DNA of 64,000 nt from an uncultured Myxococcales bacterium (GTDB taxonomy: Bacteria; Myxococcota_A; Polyangia; Fen-1088). Every line of letters starts with the position of its first letter. The first letter of the stretch is position 1. The position numbers and the translations under genes were made by a program. Below are positions 16,017-26,218 of the stretch, piece after piece. Below the pieces are notes generated by a model that saw nothing but the letters and a program-made list of their open reading frames with translations, was not told the DNA's origin and did not search any database. Location of the stretch: assembly GCA_964571275.1 (NCBI GenBank), contig CAZNCQ010000006.1:4770-68769 (forward strand), written 5' to 3'.

Positions 16017-16847
16017 TTAGCTGGAGCCGTCGAAGTCGGTCGACAGGCTGAGGGTCTTCCAGCGCGCGTCCTCGTCGGCGCGAGCGGCGATCGCGGCGGC
16101 GGCGCCCGCGACGGCGTCGCTGCCGAGCAGCAGGCGCACCGGCGGCTGCTTCTCGTCGGCGAGCCGCAGGAGCGCCCGCGCCATCCTGGCCGGATCGCCG
16201 CGCGCGTTCTCGGCGCGGCCGAAGGTGGCTCGGATGACGGCACCGACCGTGGGTTCGTAGTCGGGCGCGAGGGCGTCGGCGAGCATCGACAAGCCAAACA
16301 TCTCGGTGCGCATTCCGCCGGGCTCGACGCAGGTGACGCGAATGCCGAGGGGAGCGACCTCGCGCGCCAGCACTTCGCTGAACCCGCCGACCGCCCACTT
16401 CGCCGCCTGGCAGCCGCCGAGGCCGGGCGTGCCGCGCCGTCCCCCGATGGACGAGATCTGGATGATGTGTCCGTCGCGCTGGACGTGCATCTGGGCCAGA
16501 GCCGCGCGCGTGACGTTGTAGACGCCGAAGAGGTTGATCTCGATCTGGCGGCGGAATTCGTCCTCGGGGAGGTCCTCGACCGAGTTGGCCTTGATGTAGC
16601 CCGCGTTGTTGACGACGACGTCCAGCCGACCGAACGCTGACGTGGTGGCGGCCACTGCCGCGCGCGCGGCGGCCGGGTCGGTGACGTCGAGAGCGACGGT
16701 GCGCAGGCGATCACTGGGCGCCAAGAAAGCGAGCGCACTTGGCTCGCGCGCGGTGGCGACCAGGCGATGCCCGGCCTCCAGCACGGCCTGGGCCAGCGCG
16801 CGGCCCAGCCCGCGCGAGCAACCGGTGATGAGCCAGACCTTCGACAT
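16017..16847 (-). CDS. SDR family oxidoreductase
   Basis: N-terminal TGCSRGLGRALA, NNAG, and an active-site region with S...AAKWAV (YxxxK-type position). Confidence 0.9.
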   Translation of the reverse strand: MSKVWLITGCSRGLGRALAQAVLEAGHRLVATAREPSALAFLAPSDRLRTVALDVTDPAAARAAVAATTSAFGRLDVVVNNAGYIKANSVEDLPEDEFRRQIEINLFGVYNVTRAALAQMHVQRDGHIIQISSIGGRRGTPGLGGCQAAKWAVGGFSEVLAREVAPLGIRVTCVEPGGMRTEMFGLSMLADALAPDYEPTVGAVIRATFGRAENARGDPARMARALLRLADEKQPPVRLLLGSDAVAGAAAAIAARADEDARWKTLSLSTDFDGSS

Positions 16848-16892
16848 GAGAGCCCTCCGCGCCGGACTCTAGCAGCCGATCGGCTACGCGGG

Positions 16893-17270
16893 TCAGGCCG
16901 GCTCCCACAGCTCGACCTTGTTGCCGTCGGGATCCATGATCCACGCAAATTTGCCGTTCTCCTCGGAGTCGGGCCCCTTGACGATCTCGACGCCGTTGCT
17001 CCTGAGCTGCGCGAGCAGCGCGGTCAGGTCGTCGACGCGGTAGTTGATCATGAAGCTCGACGGGCTCGGGCTGAACCACTTCGACTCGCGCTCGGCGACG
17101 TGCCAGACGGTGAGGCCGCCGTCCTTCGCCTGATCCTCGGGCCACTTCAGGATCGCGCCGCCCCACTCTTCGAGTGCGAGGCCCAGGTTGTCCCGGTACC
17201 AAGCCGCGAGCCGCTTGTGGTCCGACGTCGATTTGAAAAAAACGCCTCCGATTCCTGTCACTCGGGCCAT
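16893..17270 (-). CDS. VOC/glyoxalase family protein
   Basis: Start MARVTGIGGVFFKS with AGGAGG 5 nt upstream. C-terminal motif FAWIMDPDGNKVELWEP is typical of glyoxalase/bleomycin-resistance fold proteins. Confidence 0.8.
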   Translation of the reverse strand: MARVTGIGGVFFKSTSDHKRLAAWYRDNLGLALEEWGGAILKWPEDQAKDGGLTVWHVAERESKWFSPSPSSFMINYRVDDLTALLAQLRSNGVEIVKGPDSEENGKFAWIMDPDGNKVELWEPA

Positions 17271-17574
17271 CATTGCCTCCTGATTGGACTCGCGAGGGAC
17301 CTGGCGGTCGACAGAAGAGTCGCTCGCTCCGGATCCCGCGCTTGAATGACCATGTCCCGACCAAGCCGGACCAGGCAATCCTCGCCGGCGCGCGGTTGCC
17401 CGCCGGCAGGACAAGCCGGTTGGATGTCGGGTTGCACACCCACCCCTTCGATCTCACCCCCGCCTGCGCCCAGCATGCGCCCGTTCATCAGCAGAAGGCC
17501 CAGTGGTTCGTCGGCGGGCATCCCCGGGGAACGGGCTTGGCGGGTGCATCACGCTGTTCTCGTTCCCATCGAAC

Positions 17575-17603
17575 TCGGCATCGTAGCGTTGCGACACTAT
17601 AAT
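17575..17603 (+). promoter_or_regulatory. candidate sigma70-type promoter (TCGGCA-17 bp-TATAAT) giving a near-leaderless transcript
   Basis: Perfect TATAAT at 17598-17603, 14 nt upstream of the GTG at 17618. The -35-like TCGGCA matches consensus at 4/6 positions with a 17-bp spacer. No SD sequence lies between the -10 element and the start codon. Confidence 0.3.
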
Positions 17604-17617
17604 GGTGACCACCGCAC

Positions 17618-19825
17618 GTGCTGAAACGTTCCCATCTGAGTCTATTCGTCGGGCTGGTCGCCGCAACCGTGGTCGCCGGGGTCCTGGCCCGCCCGCGTTC
17701 CCGCGCTCACCCGGCGGCCGACCGCGCGACGACCGACGCCAACACCACGCGGTTGGTCGCGTCGCTGCTGGCGCGGTCGCAGTTCGCGCACCATCCGCTC
17801 GACGAGCAGCTGGCCAGCAAGCTGGTCGCCCGGTACATCGAGGCGCTCGACGGAACCCGGTTGCTGTTCCTGCAGAGCGACGTCGACGAGCTGGCGGGAC
17901 ATCCCCACGACCTCGCGCGCGCCACCACCGAGGCCGGAGATACGCACCTGGCGCAGGCGATCTTCCGGCGCTATCGCGAACGCATCGACCAACAAGTCGC
18001 ATACGACACCGAGCTTCTGCACGGCGCTGCCTTCGACTTCACGGGGCACGACGCCTTCGCCTTTGACCGAAGGCACGCGCCGCGCCCGCGCGATCTGACC
18101 GAAGCGCGATCGCTCTGGCGCCAGGCCCTGCGGTCGGAGGTCCTGGACGAGAAGCTCAGCGACGAGAAACAGACCGCCGCGGCGATCCAGGCCAAGCTGC
18201 TGCGCCGGCACCAGCAGCAGCAGGCGTTCGTGCGCGGCATGCACGACGACGACGTGCTGGCGATTTACCTCGATTCCCTCGCCCACGTCTACGATCCCCA
18301 CTCGGACTACCTGGGGCACGAGGAGATGCAATCGTTTTCGATCGAGATGAACCTCTCGGTCGCGGGCATCGGCGCGGCGCTGGTCACCAAGGACGGCGCC
18401 TGCACGATCCACGAGCTGATCGCGGGCGGCCCGGCGGCGCGCAGCGGGCTGCTCAAGCCGGGCGACCGCATCAGCGCGGTCGCCCAGGACAATGGCACGC
18501 CCGTGGACGTCAGCGAGATGCCGCTCACGCGGATCGTCCAGCTCATTCGCGGGCCGAAAGGCTCGGCGGTGACGCTGACGGTGCTGCCACCGGCGGGATC
18601 TCCGGGCGCTCCGCGGACCATCCGGTTGGTTCGCGACGAGGTCAAGCTCGAGGATCAGCAGGCGAAGATGCGGATCATCGACACACCCGAGCCGACCGGC
18701 GGACACACGCGATTGGCGGTCCTCGACTTGCCATCTTTCTACGCGGACGGCGGCGGCGACGGCAAGGATCATAAACCCACCGGGGGCGCGGCCCGAGACG
18801 TCGCAACGCTTCTCGGGAAAGCGCGGACTGAGTCGGTTCAGGGGATCGTCCTCGATCTGCGGCACAACGGAGGCGGGTCGCTCGACGAAGCGATCCGATT
18901 GACCGGCCTCTTCCTGGCCAGCGGCCCCATCGTCGAGACGCGCGACCCCAAGAACGAGATTCAGGTCGACGACGATCCGGACCCCGGCGTCGCATACGAC
19001 GGGCCTCTGGTCGTGCTGACCAGTCGGTTCAGCGCCTCGGCTTCGGAGATCGCCGCGGGCGCGCTGCAGGACTATGGTCGCGCGCCGATCGTCGGCGATA
19101 CGTCGACCTTCGGCAAGGGAACGGTCCAAACCATCTTCCCGCTGGCGCCGGTCATGGACGAGGCCAGGCTCGCGTACACCTACGATCCGGGCGGGCTCAA
19201 GATCACCATCGGCAAGTTCTATCGACCGAGCGGCGCCTCGACGGAGCTGCGCGGCGTCGCCTCTGACATCGTCCTGCCGTCGAAGAGCGACCTCGCGCGC
19301 ATCGGCGAGGCGGAGCTCGATGATCCGCTACCCTGGGATACGATCGCGCCGGTGCCCTATCGGCCGGTGAACCGCGTGGCCCCTTACCGCGCGGCCTTGA
19401 GGGAACGTTCTTCGCGGCGCATCGCCGCCGATCGAGCCTTCTCGAATCTGCGTCAGGAGGCCGGCACCTTGAAAGAGAGGCTCGCCAGCGGGCGCATGCC
19501 ACTCAACGAGGCCGACCGCCGTCGCGAGCTGGCGACCACGAAGCGGCTCGACCAGGAGATCGCGCACGATGTGCGGGCGGCGACCGCCGTGCGTACGACT
19601 TACGTGATCACGGTGAAGAACGCGGCGAACGCCGGGCTGCCCGCGCCCGAGGCGGCCACCGGCGAGCACCACCCCGACGCCGGCGCCGCGAATGACCAGG
19701 AGTCGGCCGATAGCGCGGCCGCCGACGACCTGGTGCTGAACGAGTCGCTCGCGATCGTGCGCGACTACGCGCAGCTGCTGCAGGCGAAGGCTCCGGCCAG
19801 CGCCGGAACGCCGAAGACGCGCTAG
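17618..19825 (+). CDS. S41 carboxy-terminal processing (tail-specific) protease with PDZ domain
   Basis: 735 aa with an N-terminal signal/anchor. PDZ region (GIGAAL...GGPAARSGLLKPGDRI), S41 catalytic region (LTSRFSASASEI...GDTSTFGKGTVQ), and an LDLRHNGGG block. Confidence 0.9.
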   Translation: MLKRSHLSLFVGLVAATVVAGVLARPRSRAHPAADRATTDANTTRLVASLLARSQFAHHPLDEQLASKLVARYIEALDGTRLLFLQSDVDELAGHPHDLARATTEAGDTHLAQAIFRRYRERIDQQVAYDTELLHGAAFDFTGHDAFAFDRRHAPRPRDLTEARSLWRQALRSEVLDEKLSDEKQTAAAIQAKLLRRHQQQQAFVRGMHDDDVLAIYLDSLAHVYDPHSDYLGHEEMQSFSIEMNLSVAGIGAALVTKDGACTIHELIAGGPAARSGLLKPGDRISAVAQDNGTPVDVSEMPLTRIVQLIRGPKGSAVTLTVLPPAGSPGAPRTIRLVRDEVKLEDQQAKMRIIDTPEPTGGHTRLAVLDLPSFYADGGGDGKDHKPTGGAARDVATLLGKARTESVQGIVLDLRHNGGGSLDEAIRLTGLFLASGPIVETRDPKNEIQVDDDPDPGVAYDGPLVVLTSRFSASASEIAAGALQDYGRAPIVGDTSTFGKGTVQTIFPLAPVMDEARLAYTYDPGGLKITIGKFYRPSGASTELRGVASDIVLPSKSDLARIGEAELDDPLPWDTIAPVPYRPVNRVAPYRAALRERSSRRIAADRAFSNLRQEAGTLKERLASGRMPLNEADRRRELATTKRLDQEIAHDVRAATAVRTTYVITVKNAANAGLPAPEAATGEHHPDAGAANDQESADSAAADDLVLNESLAIVRDYAQLLQAKAPASAGTPKTR

Positions 19826-19966
19826 ATGCACCCGTGTAGGTAGTCGATCGTCAGCCGTGGAGGTCGAGGTCGACGCCGGCCGCTTCTCGCGCGGGAAGCG
19901 AAATCGGCTTGGCCCGCGCTCGTTTTCGTCGGGTCGCACGTCGTTCCACAGTGCCTGTTCCGATGC

Positions 19967-20515
19967 TCACCCTTGGGGAACCAGCGTGTGCCGCGTGACG
20001 GGACCGGAGACGCTGGTATCGCCGCTGGTCACGTAGAGCGTTCCCTCGGTGTGGACGAGCGCCCAGCGCGCGTTGCGATCCGTTGCAGCGTCGAGCGCAT
20101 CGAGCAGCTCGCCGCCGAGCGCGTAGACCTCGATCGCCTCCGCCTTGTGGATCGCCTTGCCGCGTGCCGCCTTCTTCAAGAGCTCGGGATCGTGCTGGGT
20201 GAACACGACGACGCGCGGCGACGCCTTGCTGGCCTTGTGCAGCCGCTCCGCCGAAGGCGTGCCGACCTCGATCCAAGCGCGAAGCTCGCCGCGCGCGTCC
20301 TTGATCCACACCGCCGGCTCGTCGGTGGTGGACAAGCCTTTCGAAAAGGCGATGCCTTCTTCGTAGCACAGGCAGTAGGCAACGACGCGTGTCAGCAAGT
20401 ACCGCGCGCTCTCCGATGGGTGGCGCGCGATCCGCAAGTCGACGGTCTGATAGACCCCGCGATCGACGTCGGATAACTCGATCTGAAATCGATACATCGT
20501 CGCGGCGATGGCCAT
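19967..20515 (-). CDS. YaeQ family protein
   Basis: MAIAATMYRFQIELSDVDRGVYQTVDLRIARHPSES...DEPAVW aligns by eye with the E. coli YaeQ N-terminus (MALKATIYKATVNVADLDR...ARHPSET...DEPEAW). Confidence 0.8.
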   Translation of the reverse strand: MAIAATMYRFQIELSDVDRGVYQTVDLRIARHPSESARYLLTRVVAYCLCYEEGIAFSKGLSTTDEPAVWIKDARGELRAWIEVGTPSAERLHKASKASPRVVVFTQHDPELLKKAARGKAIHKAEAIEVYALGGELLDALDAATDRNARWALVHTEGTLYVTSGDTSVSGPVTRHTLVPQG

Positions 20516-20732
20516 GGCCCGCAAGTCTACTTGCGCGGACGCGGGTTCGTAAGGCCGGCCGAAGATTGTCGCCGCCGAAGTGACACGGGACAGAGACGCG
20601 GTCGTGGTGTCCGACGCGACGAGCAGCCCGCGAGTGCGAGCGGAATGGCGTCGCAACGGCGCGCGGACGATGAGGCCCCTGGCCGGCCGAGACCGGGGTC
20701 AATGGCGTCCGGATCACCGCGGACCGCCGCCG

Positions 20733-21716
20733 TCACGCACGCAGATGGAACTGCCGGCGGTAGACCTGGGGGCTCGTCCCCACCACCTCGCCGAACTGGG
20801 CGCGCAGGACCGTCGCCGAGCCGAACCCGACCTCCGTGGCGATGCGTTCGACGGCGTGGTCGGTGGTTTCGAGCAAGCGCTGCGCGCGACGAACGCGGGC
20901 ACGCGCAACCCAGAGTGCCGGCGTCGTTCCGACCTGGGTGCGGAAGTGGCGGCTGAGACTCCTCGCACTCATGGCGGCGCGGCGGGCAACCGCTGCGAGC
21001 GACAGGTCGCCCGCCAGATTCTTCTCGAGCCAATCGAGGAGCGCACTCATCGACGTGGCGCCGTCGGGCGCCGGGTCGTAGGCGATGAACTGGGCTTGCC
21101 CCCCGGTTCGCTCCAGCGGCATGACGGCCGCGCGCGCCACCGCGGCCGCACGCTCGGCCCCGAGATCTTGCCGCACCAGATAGAGACAGAGGTCGAAACC
21201 CGCCGCGGCGCCCGCCGACGTCAAGATTCGTCCGTTGTCGACGTAGAGGACGTCGGGGTCGACGTCGAGGCGCGGATGCCGTCGCGCGAGCTCCGCCGCA
21301 CACGCCCAGTGCGTGGTCGCCTTCAGGCCGTCGAGCGCGCCCGCCGCCGCGAGCACGAACGCTCCGCTGCAGATCGATGCGACACGCGCTCCGCGGTCGA
21401 CGGCGGCGCGGATACCCCGCAGAACGCTGGTCGGAATCGCCCGGTCGAGGTGGTCGATACCGGGAACGAGAACCGTGTGCGCGTCTCGCAGCGAAGCCAG
21501 CCGCCACGGCACCACCAGGCTCGCATACGCCGATGCGACTTTCGACGTGAGGGCGCAGACCCGCACCTCGTAGGCGGCCGTGCCATCCGCGGCGCGCGCC
21601 ATTCCAAACACCTCGCAAGCCGTCGAGAGATCACCCAGGACCACTCCGTCGAAGGCGACGACGGCCACGCGACACGGCCGGCTCCGACTCGGCTTTGGCG
21701 CGATTCCTGCGGACAT
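20733..21716 (-). CDS. GlxA-family transcriptional regulator (DJ-1/PfpI domain + AraC HTH)
   Basis: N-terminal DJ-1/PfpI-like domain (VAVVAFDGVVLGDL..., ASICSGAFVLAAAGALDG). C-terminal AraC HTH (LSLAAVARRAAMSARSLSRHF...IATEVGFGSATVLRAQFGEVVGTSP). Confidence 0.85.
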   Translation of the reverse strand: MSAGIAPKPSRSRPCRVAVVAFDGVVLGDLSTACEVFGMARAADGTAAYEVRVCALTSKVASAYASLVVPWRLASLRDAHTVLVPGIDHLDRAIPTSVLRGIRAAVDRGARVASICSGAFVLAAAGALDGLKATTHWACAAELARRHPRLDVDPDVLYVDNGRILTSAGAAAGFDLCLYLVRQDLGAERAAAVARAAVMPLERTGGQAQFIAYDPAPDGATSMSALLDWLEKNLAGDLSLAAVARRAAMSARSLSRHFRTQVGTTPALWVARARVRRAQRLLETTDHAVERIATEVGFGSATVLRAQFGEVVGTSPQVYRRQFHLRA

Positions 21717-21781
21717 TGTCTTTCGAGCCACTGGTCGAGATTGCCTGATTCCGTAGCATCTGACCACGAGGAGAAAGAACG

Positions 21782-22207
21782 ATGCACAACCCACCGCTTC
21801 ACCTGATGGACTACCTGGGCCCGGCGCTCGGCGCCGGGCTGTTCGTGCTGATCATGTCACTGGTGCGGGAACCGGCTCGCCTGAAGGTCAACGTGATCTT
21901 CCTGGCCGGCGCGCTCGGCGTCTACCTGAGCGGCGGCTTCGGCCCCTGGGAGCTCCTCTTTCCGCTGGTGGCCTTCCCGATCGTGTACCAGGCGCAACGC
22001 TCCTATCGATGGATCGGCGTGGCGTGGCTCATGCACGCCGCCTGGGACATCGTCCACCACCTGTATGGCAATCCCGTCTGGCCGTTCATGCCGACGTCGT
22101 CCTTCGGCTGCCTCATCTTCGACGCTCTCCTCGCGGTGTGGTGCCTGGCGGGCGCTCCGTCGCTGCTGCCACGGCGAGTGATGCTGTCATCGGACGGACT
22201 TCGCTAG
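21782..22207 (+). CDS. small integral membrane protein, function unknown
   Basis: 141 aa with 4 predicted TM helices, His/Trp-rich (WLMHAAWDIVHHLYGNPVWPF). Divergent from the GlxA regulator. Confidence 0.55.
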   Translation: MHNPPLHLMDYLGPALGAGLFVLIMSLVREPARLKVNVIFLAGALGVYLSGGFGPWELLFPLVAFPIVYQAQRSYRWIGVAWLMHAAWDIVHHLYGNPVWPFMPTSSFGCLIFDALLAVWCLAGAPSLLPRRVMLSSDGLR

Positions 22208-22231
22208 CGGCGACGCGGGCTCCATCGCCAC

Positions 22232-22816
22232 TTACGGGTGCTTCACCAGATATCGAACGGCGAATGTGCCGTCGTCCAGGCGAGTCCCCTCGGCGGCACT
22301 GAATTCGATCGGGCGCGGCAAGCCGGCGAACAGCGCGCGACCCTTGCCGAGCACGACCGGCGCGACCAGTATCTGCAGCTCGTCGACGAGGCCGGCCGCG
22401 AGCAGGCTCTGGGTCAAGCGCGTGCTGTTTTGGATGATGATGTCTTTGCCGGGCTCTCGCTTGAGGGCGGCGACTTCCTCGGCGGCGCTGCCTCTCGCGA
22501 GCCGGGCATTCTTCCATTTGACCTCGCGGAGCGTGCGCGAGAAGACCACCTTGGGCACGTCGTCGAGCCAGCGGGAGATCGCCACATCGTTCGGCGGTGC
22601 CTTGGGATCGTCCTTCACCTTCGGCCAGTATCCAAAATAGCCCTCGTAGTTCACGCGTCCCACGAGAACCGTGTCGCATCGTTCGCGGAGCCGGCGGAAG
22701 ATCGCGTGCGCCTCGGGGGTGGTTGCGTGCGGCCCCAGCCAGTCGTCGATCCGCTCGTTCGGGTCCGACGTGAACCCATCGAAGGACATTCCAATCCAGA
22801 GCACGACGTTTCTCAT
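22232..22816 (-). CDS. dihydrofolate reductase family protein (RibD C-terminal domain type)
   Basis: MRNVVLWIGMSFDGF..., TVLVGRVNYE, IIIQNSTRL..., DELQILVAPVVLGKG are typical of the RibD_C/DHFR-like family. Confidence 0.85.
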   Translation of the reverse strand: MRNVVLWIGMSFDGFTSDPNERIDDWLGPHATTPEAHAIFRRLRERCDTVLVGRVNYEGYFGYWPKVKDDPKAPPNDVAISRWLDDVPKVVFSRTLREVKWKNARLARGSAAEEVAALKREPGKDIIIQNSTRLTQSLLAAGLVDELQILVAPVVLGKGRALFAGLPRPIEFSAAEGTRLDDGTFAVRYLVKHP

Positions 22817-22919
22817 GACCGACCTCCTGCGACCAACGTGGGTCTGGTCCCGACCCTGCGCAACGGGCCAGAGCGGATCGGGGCGAGCGTCCCTCGTCAG
22901 GACGCCCGGCGCGCGGCGC

Positions 22920-23168
22920 TCAGAACTCCTCTGCTTCGTGAGCGTGGCCGATGGCGGCCCTCAGCTTCGGCTCGAGCTTCTTGCAGTCGAACGTCACCTT
23001 CTCTGACTGCACGGACACGACGGCGGCGGCCGGCACCGGGAAGTCCCCGGCGTTCTCGACATAGACGATGAGGCGACGCCCATCGGGCGAGACCTCACGG
23101 ACTGAACCGAACTCCTCCTCGCCGTCGGAAACGAACGCCTGGAACCCGACCTGAATCTTCTCGCGCAT
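22920..23168 (-). CDS. small hypothetical protein (82 aa)
   Basis: ATG ORF with host-like codon usage, acidic and beta-rich. No motif confidently recognised. Confidence 0.45.
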   Translation of the reverse strand: MREKIQVGFQAFVSDGEEEFGSVREVSPDGRRLIVYVENAGDFPVPAAAVVSVQSEKVTFDCKKLEPKLRAAIGHAHEAEEF

Positions 23169-23335
23169 CGAGAGCTCCTCTCGTGAGACCTGATACCACG
23201 TCCGGCGCCGCGAAGCGCTCGGTCACCATGCGCCGATATACGTCGAAGCCGCTCGCGGCACAATCGACCCTCGCGAGGGTTCGAGGAAGCTCTGCGACGC
23301 ATCGCCCAGAGAATCCCGATGGTAGTCTCCCGGTG

Positions 23336-23845
23336 ATGGCGCTGCTGGTCGTGGGCGTCGCCGCCCTCGCGTTGACGGTCGTCGCGCTGGCGATCGCGAT
23401 CGCGGGCGCTCGCCGCCGGCCGCGGCGACAGCGGTCGCGCAAGTGGATGTCGGCGGGGGGCCTGGTGATCGACGCGCGGGGCCGGATCGCGCTGGTGCGC
23501 CAGCGCAGCCGCCGCGGGCGCTGGCACTGGACGCTGCCCAAGGGGCGCATCGATCGGGGCGAGACCGTCGAGGCGGCCGCGTTGCGCGAGGTCTACGAGG
23601 AGAGCGGGCTGCGCGCGCGCATCGTGCGGCCGATCGTGCTCCACGAAGGGCGGTTGCACTTCACGCAGTTCTTCGAGATGACCCTGGAGCGCGCCGACGG
23701 CCAGCACGACAGCGAGACCAAAGAGGTGCGGATGGTGACCTTCGCGGAAGCCGCCGGCATGCTGCGTGCGCGCCGCGACCTGCGTGTGCTACGCCGGCTG
23801 GTCGAAACGAGGACTCGCGTGGTCGCGATCGCCGCGAGCGACTAG
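23336..23845 (+). CDS. NUDIX hydrolase with N-terminal TM anchor
   Basis: Nudix box GRIDRGETVEAAALREVYEESGL. N-terminal hydrophobic helix MALLVVGVAALALTVVALAIAIAG. The start is uncertain (the ORF is open from 23183). Confidence 0.8.
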   Translation: MALLVVGVAALALTVVALAIAIAGARRRPRRQRSRKWMSAGGLVIDARGRIALVRQRSRRGRWHWTLPKGRIDRGETVEAAALREVYEESGLRARIVRPIVLHEGRLHFTQFFEMTLERADGQHDSETKEVRMVTFAEAAGMLRARRDLRVLRRLVETRTRVVAIAASD

Positions 23846-23909
23846 TGCACTAGGCTTTGACCAGGCTGCCTCTTCCCCGGTGGACCCACCCAATGTTATT
23901 CGAGTCGCC

Positions 23910-24569
23910 ATGGCTGCGAGGCAAAACGGGCTTGCCAGGCTCCTCGACGCCATCGTCATGGACGACGCCGAGGCGGTACGGATGGTCCGCGACGCGCCCG
24001 AGCTCGCGCGGCTCGTTGTCGAGGAGGAATGCTTCATCGAGACGATTGCTCATGCGCTCTACGCCGGAGATACCGCTCTCCACTTCGCGGCGGCCGCAGT
24101 CAAGCCTGTCGTCGTCGAGGCCCTTCTCCGCGCGGGAGCGAATCCCAACGCGGCGAACCGGCGCGGAGCCCTCGCGCTCCACTACGCCTGCGACCCTCGG
24201 CCCGTGTCGGCGTTGGTCTGGAGTGCTGGCGCTCAACGGAAGGCCATCGAGCTCCTGCTCGATGCCGGGTCGAGGATCGACCAGGCCGAAAAGTCTGGAG
24301 CGTCCCCACTTCACCGCGCGGTTCGGGCGCGGAGCCCGGTGGCGGTGAAATGCCTGCTCGAGCGGGGTGCCGATGTGAACGCCTCTCACGGCAAGAGTCG
24401 GACAACGCCACTTCACCTCGCGCTTCACGCGACGGGCGCGAGCGGCACCAAGGGGGCGCACGCCGAGCAGCAGGCGATCGTTGATCTGCTGCTCGACGGC
24501 GGAGCCGATAGCCGCGCCAGGGACGCGCGCGGGAAAGCTGCGCCGCTCCCCCGCCGCAAGCCCCGATAG
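23910..24569 (+). CDS. ankyrin repeat protein
   Basis: Repeated ankyrin units: GDTALHFAAAAVKPVVVEALLRAGANPN, GALALHYA, GASPLHRAVRARSPVAVKCLLERGADVN, TTPLHLAL...LLLDGGAD. Confidence 0.8.
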   Translation: MAARQNGLARLLDAIVMDDAEAVRMVRDAPELARLVVEEECFIETIAHALYAGDTALHFAAAAVKPVVVEALLRAGANPNAANRRGALALHYACDPRPVSALVWSAGAQRKAIELLLDAGSRIDQAEKSGASPLHRAVRARSPVAVKCLLERGADVNASHGKSRTTPLHLALHATGASGTKGAHAEQQAIVDLLLDGGADSRARDARGKAAPLPRRKPR

Positions 24570-24617
24570 CAGGACGCGCGCAAGACTTGCGCTCAGGTTA
24601 GCGGCAGCCGGCGGCGG

Positions 24618-26102
24618 TCAGAACCCCTGGCAGGTGAACAGATCGTTCAGCAACCCGTCACAGGCCGGGGCTCCGGGCATGAAGCCCGGGACGGGGCTGC
24701 ACTGCCAGTTGGCGACGCCAGCGGCCGTGTGCGCCTGGCAGGCATCCCAGGCCTGATTCTGCGGCAGGCACTCCGGCGTCACGTCGCGCGTGAACTCGAG
24801 GTTATCGAGGAAGGCAGCCATGCAGCTCTCGAAGGTCAAGGCCGGGCATCCGGAGCGCATGACCGCGCGACACACGTTCCCGGTCTCGACCTGATCGGCC
24901 TGGGCGGCGCTACAAGCCACCGAGTTTCGGTTGACGCTGATCGTCGTCCGTGGACTGTTATCGGGAGCCAGCGAGTAGCTGAGGGTCTGGTTCGTGGTGA
25001 AGTCGACACCGAACGCGAACGAGTGCAGGCCGGGATTGAACAGCGTGTTGCGGAAGCCGCTGGTGTCGAGGGCGAGCTGGTTCTTGGTGCCGAACGGAAC
25101 GGTGACACCCACGCCGTTCTTGTTGTTGTAGCCGAAGTAGACCGTCAGCGTGCCGGCCGGGTTGGGCGCGACGCATTCCAGGTTGGGAATCAGCGTCTCC
25201 TGCCCGCCGCGCTTGTATGCCTCGTCGAGGAACGGCAGGAACGGATCGATCCGCGTCGCCAGGCCGTAGTCCTCACAGAACAACCCGCCGAAATACATGA
25301 CGCCCGCGAAGTAGTCTTGCCCGAACGCGTTCACGATGATGGGGCCACCCGAGTCGCCGAAGCAGCTGTTCGAGTTGGGCGTGTGGCCGTCGAACTTGAC
25401 GACGTCCTGTCGCACCGCCGGCACGAGCATGCCGGGGTTGGGATCCTCGGGGTGATAGTCGGCCGCCGTGGGGCTTCCGAGGAGATGCGTGAGCCCGGTG
25501 CGCTGAACGCGGGATCCGGTGGCGGTCGTGCCGCTGGTCGCGACGTTCCCGCCCCAGCCCGAGATCGTCACCTGCCGGTTGATCCACGTATCGTCCAGTC
25601 GGAAACGCGCCAGCGGCAGCGGATCGAACGGCGGCTTGCGATCCAGATAGATCGCGCCCATGTCCGGGTGCTCGAGGTTCGCGTCCCACTGCGGATGCGT
25701 CTCGAACGAGTCGGCCTTGGCCCAGAACGACGGCTGCCCGACGGGCGGCGGGACCAACAGCCCGTTTTGCGGGGTGAGCTGCGCAAAATCCTGAGTGAAG
25801 TTGTCGCCCCAGTAGACGAAGAGCTGACCCTGGAAGATGTCCGTCAAGCAATGAGCCGCCGTCATCACCACGCGCGGAGCGAAGTACGATCCCGAGCAGG
25901 TCCGGGTTGTGAGCCCCCCGGGACCGGCAACCGTCGCGTAGATCATGACGACCTCGTTCCGGCCCCCCGTGGCCGTCGGTCGAACGATCGGGCTCGTCTC
26001 GTTGATGAGCGGTTCGCTGGAGTCGGGGCCGCCCTCTCCGCATCCGGCCGCGGCGAGCGCGCCGATGATCAGTAAGCTAACGAGTCTCGTGATTGGTTTC
26101 AT
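24618..26102 (-). CDS. secreted trypsin-like (S1) serine protease lipoprotein with Cys-rich C-terminal domain
   Basis: Lipobox LAAAGCG with the catalytic triad context MTAAHC ... GDSGGP. The ~190-aa C-terminal extension has several Cys. Confidence 0.85.
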   Translation of the reverse strand: MKPITRLVSLLIIGALAAAGCGEGGPDSSEPLINETSPIVRPTATGGRNEVVMIYATVAGPGGLTTRTCSGSYFAPRVVMTAAHCLTDIFQGQLFVYWGDNFTQDFAQLTPQNGLLVPPPVGQPSFWAKADSFETHPQWDANLEHPDMGAIYLDRKPPFDPLPLARFRLDDTWINRQVTISGWGGNVATSGTTATGSRVQRTGLTHLLGSPTAADYHPEDPNPGMLVPAVRQDVVKFDGHTPNSNSCFGDSGGPIIVNAFGQDYFAGVMYFGGLFCEDYGLATRIDPFLPFLDEAYKRGGQETLIPNLECVAPNPAGTLTVYFGYNNKNGVGVTVPFGTKNQLALDTSGFRNTLFNPGLHSFAFGVDFTTNQTLSYSLAPDNSPRTTISVNRNSVACSAAQADQVETGNVCRAVMRSGCPALTFESCMAAFLDNLEFTRDVTPECLPQNQAWDACQAHTAAGVANWQCSPVPGFMPGAPACDGLLNDLFTCQGF

Positions 26103-26218
26103 CGTCTCTCCGTCTCTGACGTTGGGGCGTCGGGAATCCCGACGAGCAACCTTTACGCCATTGCGACGACAAAAGGGTGTTGTTGTTGCTCACGGCCTGG
26201 CCAAGATCGTTTTCCACC

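Noticed and set aside
17271-17560. Possible decayed second VOC/glyoxalase domain upstream of the VOC gene (minus-strand strings such as …GVGVQPDIQP…CLVRLGRDMVIQARDPE…)
   Set aside because: The resemblance to the VOC C-terminal pattern is weak and spread over frames. I cannot support it without a blastx search.
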